Below are positions 30,022 through 38,302 of a stretch of 64,000 nt of DNA, piece by piece. The notes beneath the pieces were generated by a model. It had not been told where the DNA came from. It worked only from the letters and a program-made list of their open reading frames with translations, and did no database searches. Within the stretch, counting starts at the first letter, position 1, and each line of letters opens with the position of its first letter. The stretch covers positions 1-64,000 of the IMG/VR virus record IMGVR_UViG_3300043436_004480, one strand, 5' to 3'. Both the position numbers and the translations under genes were made by a program. This stretch comes from a virus.

Positions 30022-30296
30022 AAGTTTTCTTTAAATCTTGTATAAGGTAACCAACAATCAAAAGGATCTCCACAAAATGTGTAATATCCTTCTGAATATT
30101 TTGATGCGAGAAATATGCAGGGTTCTGCTTTAGTTTCAAATACAGAATGAAAAACTACAATTTCTTGTCGTTCTTCAGGAAGTTCTTCAGTAAACTTCTT
30201 AATTCTTAATTTGTTGTAAGCAGTTTCTACGCCTTTGTTAAAAGCGTGCCACATTGCAGTTCCTTCTAAATAAGGATTTATAACTTCAATGTTCAT
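30018..30296 (-). CDS. NPY paralog family member (dispersed fourth copy)
   Basis: VINPY..FNKGVETA..KKFTEELPEERQEIVV..WLPY. Confidence 0.65.
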   Translation of the reverse strand: MNIEVINPYLEGTAMWHAFNKGVETAYNKLRIKKFTEELPEERQEIVVFHSVFETKAEPCIFLASKYSEGYYTFCGDPFDCWLPYTRFKENL

Positions 30297-30432
30297 CTTC
30301 TTTTGCGTTTAGAACCTTTCTGATAAATAGGTTGTTCTTTTGGTTTTTGTTTGTAAGGCATGTAAGTAGTAAATTCTCTTATTAATTTTTGAGTTCTTTC
30401 TACTTCATGTCTTAATATTTCTGGCTGTTCCA

Positions 30433-30624
30433 CTATTCTGATATTTTTCTTGTTGTAAAAACTACTTCTGAAACTTGTGCAGTAACTCGGTATTCTTTAC
30501 CACACTTTTTACAAGTGTCATTTAAGAAATGATCGGTATTGGCTAAAACTTCCAGCCAGCCACACCTTTTGTTTTCTTCTCCACAATGAGGACAAATAGG
30601 ATATTCTGTTTTTTCAGTTGTCAT
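30433..30624 (-). CDS. Small zinc-ribbon protein
   Basis: CPHCG...CKKCG. Confidence 0.6.
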   Translation of the reverse strand: MTTEKTEYPICPHCGEENKRCGWLEVLANTDHFLNDTCKKCGKEYRVTAQVSEVVFTTRKISE

Positions 30625-30628
30625 AATT

Positions 30629-30841
30629 TTAAGGTTTTACGTGCGGAAGTTGTGAATCAAGAATTGCTATTCTTATTTCACCATCTTTAAACTTTTGAAG
30701 ATGTTCATGCAATATCCATCTTCTTCTTCTCATTCCTTTTTCCCTATTCTTTTTCAAGATATAGGTATCAAAATACAAAGTTCTCTGCGATGCTTTACGA
30801 ATTTGATCTTCGTTAAGCCAAGTGTATCCTACTGGTAACAT
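30629..30841 (-). CDS. Hypothetical protein
   Basis: 70-aa ORF. Confidence 0.55.
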   Translation of the reverse strand: MLPVGYTWLNEDQIRKASQRTLYFDTYILKKNREKGMRRRRWILHEHLQKFKDGEIRIAILDSQLPHVKP

Positions 30842-30842
30842 T

Positions 30843-31424
30843 TTATTTATCTGGATTATCTACAACTTTGAATTTTAATACTCCTGAATCCATTTTTTCT
30901 TTTCTAATAGAAAATATATTGAATCCAAGAGTTTGCGCTCTCCAAGATGCCATATTTACAGTTTCAACTTTTTTTGAACCTATATTTCTGAATGTATCTT
31001 GAATAATATCTGGATAATACTCCAGAACTCTTCCATTTTTTGCAGAAGTATCAAAAACTAATAGTATTTTATCTTTTTCTGGCATCGGTATTTTCTCAAA
31101 AGTCAAAGTTTCCCAAGTTTCATGAAAAACACCGTAAGTCACTAATACTTTTTCTGAACTCTTTAGACAAAATAAAGATTTTTCAAATTGCCAACCTTCT
31201 CCTTCATTTCCAAACAAGTTTGAAAACAAATAGAAATGCTCAGGAAAATAACTATATCTAACCAAATTCAAGTCCAAATGAACTTTTTTTAGATATATAA
31301 GTTCTTCCCCAGAAAAAGTAAGAATCCTTTCACCGGGCGAAAGCATTTTCTTCTCAACCAGAGTTTCTATTTCAGTAGCTTTACTAAAATCGTAAGAAGC
31401 TTGAATTATTTGTTGTCTTGTCAT
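30843..31424 (-). CDS. Hypothetical protein
   Basis: 193-aa ORF. Confidence 0.65.
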   Translation of the reverse strand: MTRQQIIQASYDFSKATEIETLVEKKMLSPGERILTFSGEELIYLKKVHLDLNLVRYSYFPEHFYLFSNLFGNEGEGWQFEKSLFCLKSSEKVLVTYGVFHETWETLTFEKIPMPEKDKILLVFDTSAKNGRVLEYYPDIIQDTFRNIGSKKVETVNMASWRAQTLGFNIFSIRKEKMDSGVLKFKVVDNPDK

Positions 31425-31428
31425 AATT

Positions 31429-31782
31429 TTAGAATTTTAATTTATGAATTTCGTTAAATCCTTCTACTTTGTATTCAAGAAGAATACTACAAATTTGTGA
31501 AGTATCATACTTTTCAAACAATTCTTCAGATTTACAATTAAGTAATTCGCAAGCAACTGTTTTAAATTCTTTAAATTCTTCTAACTCATGTCCTTGTTTA
31601 TGACATTCATTAGCAATCTCTACTAATCCTCTACAACCTGTCCATGCAAATTTTGAAGATTTAATTTTTGAGTCAGAAGGGATTAAATTTTCAAGAACTT
31701 TTTCCCAATCTTTTGGATGCATGGCTTTTAATTTGTCAAGACCATTTGCCATTTGTTTTACTAATGATTCCAAGTTTTCCAT
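31429..31782 (-). CDS. Hypothetical protein
   Basis: 117-aa ORF with AAAATTATG start. Confidence 0.65.
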   Translation of the reverse strand: MENLESLVKQMANGLDKLKAMHPKDWEKVLENLIPSDSKIKSSKFAWTGCRGLVEIANECHKQGHELEEFKEFKTVACELLNCKSEELFEKYDTSQICSILLEYKVEGFNEIHKLKF

Positions 31783-31804
31783 AATTTTAAAGTTTGAAGT
31801 GAAT

Positions 31805-31831
31805 AAAAAACAGGCTCCTAAAAGAAGCCTG
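31805..31831 (-). terminator. Probable terminator
   Basis: CAGGCT-N9-AGCCTG followed by a T run on the minus strand. Confidence 0.6.
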
Positions 31832-31886
31832 CTTTTAAACTACCTATTAAATACACCAAATTTGTATTAACCAAAATACAAAGTCT

Positions 31887-32480
31887 TTATTTCTCTAATG
31901 CACAATGATCGAGAAACAACAAGAAATCTTCAGAAATAGACTTTTCTTCATTATTTACAAATTTACATTTAAAAATGTAAATGTGATCGTGGATTAAAGA
32001 AACCAAAGTTAATTCTAAGTTATCTTCAAGAATGTTTTCCGCTTTAACTATTTCTCTATAAAAGAAAGGGTTTTTGCAAAGTTTCTCAATGTGATAATGT
32101 TTTAGAATTGAAACTGATAGAGGATTATATCTTGAGTGATATTCTATTGTTATTGGATTTCCAGGATTTCTATTATACGTACTAAAGAAATACCATTCTT
32201 TGTCTGCACTCCTATTTCCTGAAAAATAGTTGTTTAAAACCTGATAATATTCAGGGTTTATTAAAGTTCCTTCCAAGTTGTAAGTTTTCTGTGCTTTCAG
32301 GTAGATTATATCGTCTACTTCAAACTTCTTTTTGAATTCGGAAATTTTGTTTCTGAAATGATTAGTAGAAAATACTTTTTCCTTAGGATTCAAATTTACA
32401 AATCCGAAGAGAAAGAAAGGAATTGCCAACAATATGCAAATCCCTTGAGTGCTAAATTCAATGAGTGTTTGTGAGTTCAT
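31887..32480 (-). CDS. Membrane-anchored hypothetical protein
   Basis: Likely start MNSQTL; N-terminal hydrophobic helix. Confidence 0.6.
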   Translation of the reverse strand: MNSQTLIEFSTQGICILLAIPFFLFGFVNLNPKEKVFSTNHFRNKISEFKKKFEVDDIIYLKAQKTYNLEGTLINPEYYQVLNNYFSGNRSADKEWYFFSTYNRNPGNPITIEYHSRYNPLSVSILKHYHIEKLCKNPFFYREIVKAENILEDNLELTLVSLIHDHIYIFKCKFVNNEEKSISEDFLLFLDHCALEK

Positions 32481-32494
32481 TTTTGAGTGTGGTT

Positions 32495-32599
32495 TTATAA
32501 GAAAGTTACTAATGCAACTATTACGCAAGCTGCAAGTGCAAATCCTATTATAAAGATTGACATTTTGTTTTGTCTGATAATTTTTTTTGTGAGTTTCAT
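32495..32599 (-). CDS. Small membrane peptide
   Basis: MKLTKKIIRQNKMSIFIIGFALAACVIVALVTFL. Confidence 0.45.
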   Translation of the reverse strand: MKLTKKIIRQNKMSIFIIGFALAACVIVALVTFL

Positions 32600-32731
32600 T
32601 TTGTTGCTGTTTGAGGTTGAAAGTAGAACTCCTATCTTTAACGAAAAAGAATATAAATGCAGGAGGACACATTTATACAAAAGCAAATCTAATGCAGACC
32701 AGCGTTCAGATTTCTTTTTAGGAGTTTTTAA

Positions 32732-33877
32732 TTAAGATACTAACATGTAATATCCATATTGGTAAGGTTTTACATCTAAAAACAATGTAGTCAAAGGATC
32801 TTGAAAACTAAGATCAAAATCTTTAGAACTTATACCTTTTTTAGAATCTTCTGAATTCAAACTCAAAAGAACTGCGTTTTTGAATGGCTCTTTGAATATA
32901 GCATCTGCTATTTCAAGAAGAACATCAAAATATCTTTCTGGATCGGAATTCCAAATTGTAGGATTTTTTAAAACTTGTAAACAATAGCCATTAGAAAAAA
33001 TAAATTCTTCTGCTTCATACAAATTCAGTTTCTGAGTGACTATATCTCCCTGATTTACTAAATCAGAATTAATAGCTTTTCCTATGTAGAAAAACTCAAT
33101 TTGCTTCTTTTTGTTTTCCATCAAGGCTGCAAATATTTCTAAATAGGATTTGTGAGTTACTAAATCTTGTATGGATCTAATAGACAGATCAGAAAACAAC
33201 ATTCTTGTTTTTTCTGGGCATAAACTTGCTATTTCAATTAAATAACTTCTCAATAAGTCAAAATTCATTCTTGACTCAGAAAAAAGATGACTTCTTTCTG
33301 GATCTACTATTTCCAAAAGAAGTTTATAGCTATCTGTCGCTTGTAAATCGGAATCTTTAGTAAAAGAATTTGTTAATTCTTTATCTTCTCCACTAACAAG
33401 TAATTTTTTTAACAGTTGTTCTGGAGAAACATTCTCAATAGGAGAAACTTTCTTTTTGAAATCTAAATAAGAAACAAAAGAATTTTTAACCGCTTCTTCT
33501 AAGTTATTCCCTAAAGAGTGACTTCGTCTTCTAGAAATTTCTTCTATTTTTTTATTGAAAACAAATTCGTCTTCTTTTTCGTAAGAAACTAGAAGAATAG
33601 ATAATTCTTCATCATGTTCTTTTCTTTGATTGTTTACCAAATTAGAAAGAGCTTGGTTATCAGTTAACAATACATTAACTTGTTTATGTTGTATCTCAAA
33701 CTGTAACTTGAAATGCTCTTTTTCTATTGCTAGTTCTGCGTTACTCAAATTTAAACTTTCTATATCTGCTGCCATTTTTCCACGAATTGGATCATGTCTA
33801 ATCTGATACCAAAGAATGGTAATTCCAACTGAGTATGCAAGTAGCAATATTACTACAAATAATAATTGTTGTGTCAT
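32732..33877 (-). CDS. Membrane-anchored coiled-coil protein
   Basis: N-terminal hydrophobic segment followed by a heptad-like region. Confidence 0.7.
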   Translation of the reverse strand: MTQQLLFVVILLLAYSVGITILWYQIRHDPIRGKMAADIESLNLSNAELAIEKEHFKLQFEIQHKQVNVLLTDNQALSNLVNNQRKEHDEELSILLVSYEKEDEFVFNKKIEEISRRRSHSLGNNLEEAVKNSFVSYLDFKKKVSPIENVSPEQLLKKLLVSGEDKELTNSFTKDSDLQATDSYKLLLEIVDPERSHLFSESRMNFDLLRSYLIEIASLCPEKTRMLFSDLSIRSIQDLVTHKSYLEIFAALMENKKKQIEFFYIGKAINSDLVNQGDIVTQKLNLYEAEEFIFSNGYCLQVLKNPTIWNSDPERYFDVLLEIADAIFKEPFKNAVLLSLNSEDSKKGISSKDFDLSFQDPLTTLFLDVKPYQYGYYMLVS

Positions 33878-33975
33878 AACTATTTAAGTTTTTTTTTGAC
33901 GTTAGAGATAATTTTAAAGAAATAAACTGGCATTAAAAATGCCAGTCTATTTTCCGAAAAAAAAGCATATGGTCA

Positions 33976-34311
33976 TTATTTAATATTACTTTTCAATATT
34001 GAATAATGGTCAGCTTTTACTATACAACTCTTTTCTAGTTCTTCAATAACAAAAAGACTTTCATCTTTTGTTACTGTTCCATCTAGTAAACTTTTTTTGT
34101 ATATCTGAATTAACTCTATGTCAGATTCATTTAATGAATCTACTACATAAAGCATGTTTTTTTGTTTTGTAGAACTATGGTCTTGCTGCTGGAAATCTTG
34201 GTGGATAATCTCTATTTTTGAGACTGACCAAATTCCTATTATCAACAATATGATTAGGAGTCCCAGTTCTAAAATCCTCAGATTCTTTATTTGATCTTTG
34301 TTGTAAGTCAT
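33976..34311 (-). CDS. Single-pass membrane hypothetical protein
   Basis: ILELGLLIILLIIGIWSV. Confidence 0.6.
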   Translation of the reverse strand: MTYNKDQIKNLRILELGLLIILLIIGIWSVSKIEIIHQDFQQQDHSSTKQKNMLYVVDSLNESDIELIQIYKKSLLDGTVTKDESLFVIEELEKSCIVKADHYSILKSNIK

Positions 34312-34624
34312 AATTTTCTTTAGTTTCTATCAACCAATATTTAACTTTTGGTTGATTACGATTGACAATTGATTCTTTTTCAGATACGACAAAGCCGTAT
34401 TTTTCTAATCTGCGTTTCACGCTTTCTAGTTCACCTTCTTCATATTTTTCAATATCAAGAAATGCTTCGATTGGATTTGCAGGGTTCTTTGCTGCATTAC
34501 GCAGTTCAAAGTTTATTTTTTCGAGAAGAGGAATTTCATCATTCCTATTTTCACGAATTCTTTTTAAGTCGTCCAAACTTGTTACTCGAGACAAACTTTT
34601 AAACGTAGTCACTTTAAAGCCCAT
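34175..34624 (-). CDS. Hypothetical protein
   Basis: 149-aa ORF with AAAATTATG start. Confidence 0.6.
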   Translation of the reverse strand: MGFKVTTFKSLSRVTSLDDLKRIRENRNDEIPLLEKINFELRNAAKNPANPIEAFLDIEKYEEGELESVKRRLEKYGFVVSEKESIVNRNQPKVKYWLIETKENYDLQQRSNKESEDFRTGTPNHIVDNRNLVSLKNRDYPPRFPAARP

Positions 34625-34650
34625 AATTTTGATAATTTTAAAGGTTAAAA

Positions 34651-34677
34651 ATGTGCAGACTTTTACATCTGCACATT
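34651..34677 (-). terminator. Probable terminator
   Basis: AATGTGCAGA-N8-TCTGCACATT followed by TTT on the minus strand. Confidence 0.6.
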
Positions 34678-34687
34678 AATTTTAATA

Positions 34688-35365
34688 CTAAGCTTTTACA
34701 GTTGTTTGTTCTGCATAATTACCTGCTGGAACAGAAACAGCATTGGAGACAGATGTTTTTGCAGCAGTTTCTTGAAGTTTCAAGTCTTTTGCAAGCAAAT
34801 TTTCAATCTCTTCATCTAACCAAATGTCGTGAGTTTCACGATAATCAATGTCAGTTTTTCCTCCAAGAGTTAATGAAGCAACTTTAAATTGAGCTACAAA
34901 GCGAGCTTTAACTTCGCCAGTTTCTTGATCTACAAAGTTTCTTCTCAAATACGGAACAATTTCTCTGTCTTTTAGACGTACTAATTGTGCCATTTTGATT
35001 TTATCAAAAGTAGTAAGACCATTGGCAATTGCACTTCTTTGATTTTCGCTTAGCAACGGAGCGCAGGCATAAATCATAATAATTCTTGGTCTGTCCCAAG
35101 CATCCACTTTTTTCTGCAATTCTTCTATGGTATCTGTTTCATTAACTTCCATCCATACTATTCTTTTGGAATCGTAAGATTTTGTTGATGCATCAGTTAA
35201 CAAAACTTCGTGGTGGGTTTTGCTAGGATCGTTACCATAAAACAACTTTACTTCTTGTTCAAGCGTTGCTTGAAATCTGTTTTCGCCAATTGACGACTTT
35301 TTTACTTCTGTTACAGTTAATTTGCCAAACTGTACTGGACGAGAACTTTGATTTAAGTTTTCCAT
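34688..35365 (-). CDS. Hypothetical protein (225 aa) with a structured upstream region
   Basis: ORF preceded by the triple-hairpin element. Confidence 0.75.
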   Translation of the reverse strand: MENLNQSSRPVQFGKLTVTEVKKSSIGENRFQATLEQEVKLFYGNDPSKTHHEVLLTDASTKSYDSKRIVWMEVNETDTIEELQKKVDAWDRPRIIMIYACAPLLSENQRSAIANGLTTFDKIKMAQLVRLKDREIVPYLRRNFVDQETGEVKARFVAQFKVASLTLGGKTDIDYRETHDIWLDEEIENLLAKDLKLQETAAKTSVSNAVSVPAGNYAEQTTVKA

Positions 35366-35404
35366 TAGGATTTTTGAGATTATTTTGAGAAATAGTTTTA
35401 ATTC

Positions 35405-35478
35405 TTAGCATTGACAGCTAAATTCAAATAAACTTATGCGTTGACAGCATTGCTACATTGACAGTAAGCACGTTTATT
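35405..35478 (-). promoter_or_regulatory. Three hairpins with a conserved 7-nt loop (UGUCAAY)
   Basis: Plus strand: TTAGC-ATTGACA-GCTAA, ATGC-GTTGACA-GCAT, TAC-ATTGACA-GTA. Confidence 0.6.
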
Positions 35479-35746
35479 AAGGAAGGATGTGTTTCTGCAC
35501 AATACACATCAAATTGTTGTGAAATAAGAACTTTTTAAAATACTTAAAGTCTCTCCGCAATTTTCTATTAATAAGGACTTCTGCAACGACTTCGCAGCAT
35601 TTGGAATCTTATGAAAATAGAAATAATTAACTAAGGAAGTTAATACATGATTTTTACTTCTGCACGATACCTCTTACGTTATGAACTAGTCATCGACTTG
35701 AGTTACGCCCCACATGTTTGTCATTTCTGAAGAATTTCTGTAAAAT

Positions 35747-35775
35747 AAAAAACTCTCTGATTTCTCAGAGAGTTT
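35747..35775 (-). terminator. Terminator of the tmRNA coding piece
   Basis: AAACTCTCTGA-GAAA-TCAGAGAGTTTTTT. Confidence 0.8.
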
Positions 35776-36050
35776 ATTCACCGTTTTAGTAGGTTTCACT
35801 CGTTTAGCTTATGCTGCAACTGCAACACGAGAAAACATAGGTACTGATTTGCCGTTTATGGCTTTGCTTTCCTTTCTCAGCGATTTTTCATACTGTCAAA
35901 ACCGGTCTTCCCCAATTTGCAGAAATGCATCTGCACAGTACTAAAGCGACTGGTTAGCTACAACAAAAGTTGAGTGGAGAAGTAGGGATTCGAACCCTAG
36001 TCCAACATGAATTCTACTTCGATACAAGCGGAACGCATCGTAAAAGTATG
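35750..36050 (-). ncRNA. ssrA: Circularly permuted (two-piece) tmRNA
   Basis: Acceptor piece ...GAC TAGGG TTCGAAT CCCTA CTTCTCC A ends at 35975 and lies upstream of the coding piece, which starts GGGGAAG ACCGGTTTTGAC at 35913. G3-U70 pair present. Tag frame 35853-35809 reads GKSVPMFSRVAVAA*. The 5' end of the acceptor piece is approximate. Confidence 0.9.
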
Positions 36051-36109
36051 CAGAGTTATTTAACTATGCAACTTTAAATTTTAAATCTTTTCCCAGAAAA
36101 AGAAAAAGA

Positions 36110-36499
36110 TTAGGGCAACTGTTGATTTTCAACATCTGACTCCTCGAACTTGATTATTATATCAAACTCAATTTGTAGTTCTGCACCAGTTAACATTTGT
36201 TCTTCTGGAGTCCAAGATATATACACTTCACTACCTATGAATATGTTATTCATAACAAGTTCAGGAATTAATATGTATCTATGTTGCCACTTAACTGTAT
36301 TTTCATCATAAGTAAAGAAATCTATTTGTAAAGCTTCATTTTTTGAAGCATTATCTAAGTAATCTTTATCTATGTTGAGAAAACACTTGTTTTGCAATTC
36401 TATTCTTAAACTTGGTGCAATTTCTTCAAGTTTTATACCTTTTATAAAGCTTGTTTCCTCTGACCAATTTTGTGTTTTGCACTCTCGTGTTATTTTCAT
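36110..36499 (-). CDS. Hypothetical protein
   Basis: 129-aa ORF. Confidence 0.65.
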   Translation of the reverse strand: MKITRECKTQNWSEETSFIKGIKLEEIAPSLRIELQNKCFLNIDKDYLDNASKNEALQIDFFTYDENTVKWQHRYILIPELVMNNIFIGSEVYISWTPEEQMLTGAELQIEFDIIIKFEESDVENQQLP

Positions 36500-36500
36500 A

Positions 36501-36659
36501 CTAATCTGAATTCATTTTGTACAAACCGGCTATTCCTAGTAAAGATATAATTCCAAAAGCATAGCTTTTTCCAAAGTTTGATTCTAAAACACCTTCTATG
36601 CAAAGAAATAAATCTATTCCTATTAATACGCACATGATAATACTTCCTATTTTTTTCAT
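36501..36659 (-). CDS. Small membrane protein with two hydrophobic segments
   Basis: MKKIGSIIMCVLIGIDLFLCIEG...AFGIISLLGIAGLYK. Confidence 0.6.
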   Translation of the reverse strand: MKKIGSIIMCVLIGIDLFLCIEGVLESNFGKSYAFGIISLLGIAGLYKMNSD

Positions 36660-36666
36660 AGATGTA

Positions 36667-36807
36667 TTATTTTCTACAACCTGTACCCATAGTACAAGCT
36701 GGTCTGTTTCCATACTTTTTATAAGCAGTATGTCGCTTTTGTGCATTATTCTGAGTTGCACAACTCGTTATTGCTATTAAAAGCAATAATGCAATTACTG
36801 TTTTCAT
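36667..36807 (-). CDS. Small lipoprotein (46 aa, not in the ORF track)
   Basis: MKTVIALLLLIAITS-CATQ..., a signal peptide with a lipobox. Confidence 0.65.
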   Translation of the reverse strand: MKTVIALLLLIAITSCATQNNAQKRHTAYKKYGNRPACTMGTGCRK

Positions 36808-36947
36808 GCTGTTTCAGTTTTAATTTTAAATGTTGTTGTTTTCTGTATATCCTGAAATAAAATAATCCAGAGCCATAGACTCTGGAATATTAACTACATA
36901 TTATACAAAATTATGAACACATCATTTCGATTACCCGAAATGTAGTT

Positions 36948-37032
36948 GCTGCGTACACAGGATTCGAACCTGCTTTGTTCAGACAACACGAGTTTCACGT
37001 GCGCAAACAAAATCACCATTAGAAATACGCAG
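36948..37032 (-). ncRNA. tRNA-like RNA without a canonical anticodon arm
   Basis: 8-bp acceptor CTGCGTAT/GTACGCAG, D-like loop TAATGGT, long central hairpin, T-arm GCAGG-TTCGAAT-CCTGT. Confidence 0.7.
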
Positions 37033-37294
37033 TTTAATTTATTAAACTTTCTTTGCAGTATCTTAGCAACAGAATAATAAATTAGTAAGTTTCTCTGGTT
37101 CTTCCCCTTTCTCTTTGAAACTTACAAATGTCTGAGATTGGAGGTTCTTGGTTTAAACAAGTCGAAATACGGGATTCATAGCCCGCACTTCAACTCAAAG
37201 TATGTTTACTCTTAATAAAATCACATAGACGGAAACATACAAAGTTTCTATGCAAAGTTTTACTCAATTACAATAGTTGTAATTATTCATTTGA

Positions 37295-37753
37295 CTAATC
37301 ATGTCCAAATATATCTTCTTCAAGATAAGACTTGACAGGCTCCTGAGTTTTTTCTTTTTCTGGGACATCTTTCATAGAATCAATCCTTGAAAGTAAGTTC
37401 TTTACATCAACTTTTTGACGAAGATCAGAATTTTCTTTTGCCAAGTTATCAATTTGACTTTCTAAACTTCCTATCAATTGAAGACGAAAAGCATTTTTAT
37501 TTACTTCGTTTGCAAGATTTCTATTTATTCTTTCCGTTTCTTTATTCACTTGATTTACAAGTAGATAGCAAAGTAGTATCAAACCTAAAACAGAACTCAA
37601 TAACAAAAGAGTCAAGAGTATAATTTCAAGTTTAATTAAGTTAGTTCCAAGAACTATCCAGAAGATTAAACATGTTGCTACAATTGACAATGCAATTATA
37701 GCTAGAATTTGCGTGAATGCAGTAGCTGCAATTTTATTGATTTTGGTATTCAT
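37295..37753 (-). CDS. Membrane protein with two hydrophobic segments and a coiled coil
   Basis: Two hydrophobic segments followed by heptads. Confidence 0.7.
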   Translation of the reverse strand: MNTKINKIAATAFTQILAIIALSIVATCLIFWIVLGTNLIKLEIILLTLLLLSSVLGLILLCYLLVNQVNKETERINRNLANEVNKNAFRLQLIGSLESQIDNLAKENSDLRQKVDVKNLLSRIDSMKDVPEKEKTQEPVKSYLEEDIFGHD

Positions 37754-37762
37754 AATTTTAAT

Positions 37763-37786
37763 TCTGTTAGCCTATACACAGAAAGG
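37763..37786 (-). repeat. Leader pseudoknot, type I, copy A
   Basis: CCT-T-TCTGT-GTAT-AGG-CTA-ACAGA, 9 nt before ATG. Confidence 0.7.
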
Positions 37787-37809
37787 TGTTTTGGTTGGTA
37801 AATGAGCAA

Positions 37810-38259
37810 TTACGATAATAGTAATTGCTCTAATTTGTACTTTGATTCTTTTATTAACATTTCTAAAATGTCAACATGACCAATTAAATATGCAGTTTCA
37901 TTTCCAATATGACCTTCTGCACGTTTTTTGTATTCTGCAATTTTACTTTCATAAAATTTGATGTTCTCTTCATGAACATTTTTAATATTATGAATATTTT
38001 GCATCTTTTCATCTTGAAGTGCATCCCAAGCATACAAACTTTCATCTGCAAGTTTGTTAATATCTTGGAATGTTTCCCTAATCATAAAGCACATTCCTAT
38101 GAATGCGCCAAATCCTAGAGATATTAGAGCGTAACCCATAATTACTACGGATTCCAACTTGTTTTCTGTAAATTTGTTTCCTATTATACAAGAAACGAAA
38201 ACTAACAAAAACATTGTTAGTATGGCAAATATATTGCCTTTGATTTTACTTGAATTCAT
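37810..38259 (-). CDS. Membrane protein with two hydrophobic segments
   Basis: Two N-terminal hydrophobic segments. Confidence 0.7.
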   Translation of the reverse strand: MNSSKIKGNIFAILTMFLLVFVSCIIGNKFTENKLESVVIMGYALISLGFGAFIGMCFMIRETFQDINKLADESLYAWDALQDEKMQNIHNIKNVHEENIKFYESKIAEYKKRAEGHIGNETAYLIGHVDILEMLIKESKYKLEQLLLS

Positions 38260-38270
38260 AATTTTAAAGT

Positions 38271-38294
38271 TCGATTGACCTATGTATCGAGAGA
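38271..38294 (-). repeat. Leader pseudoknot, type I, copy B
   Basis: TCT-C-TCGAT-ACAT-AGG-TCA-ATCGA, 11 nt before ATG. Confidence 0.7.
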
Positions 38295-38302
38295 TATTAT
38301 TT

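Noticed and set aside
35411-35463. Three sigma70 -35 boxes (TTGACA) acting as plus-strand promoters
   Set aside because: There are no correctly spaced -10 boxes and no plus-strand gene, the other promoters are Bacteroidota-type, and each hexamer sits in a hairpin loop
37094-37112. GGGGAAGAACC (minus strand) resembling the tmRNA 5' end
   Set aside because: It is a short purine-rich match with no following TTTGAC, P2 helix or tag frame, so probably chance
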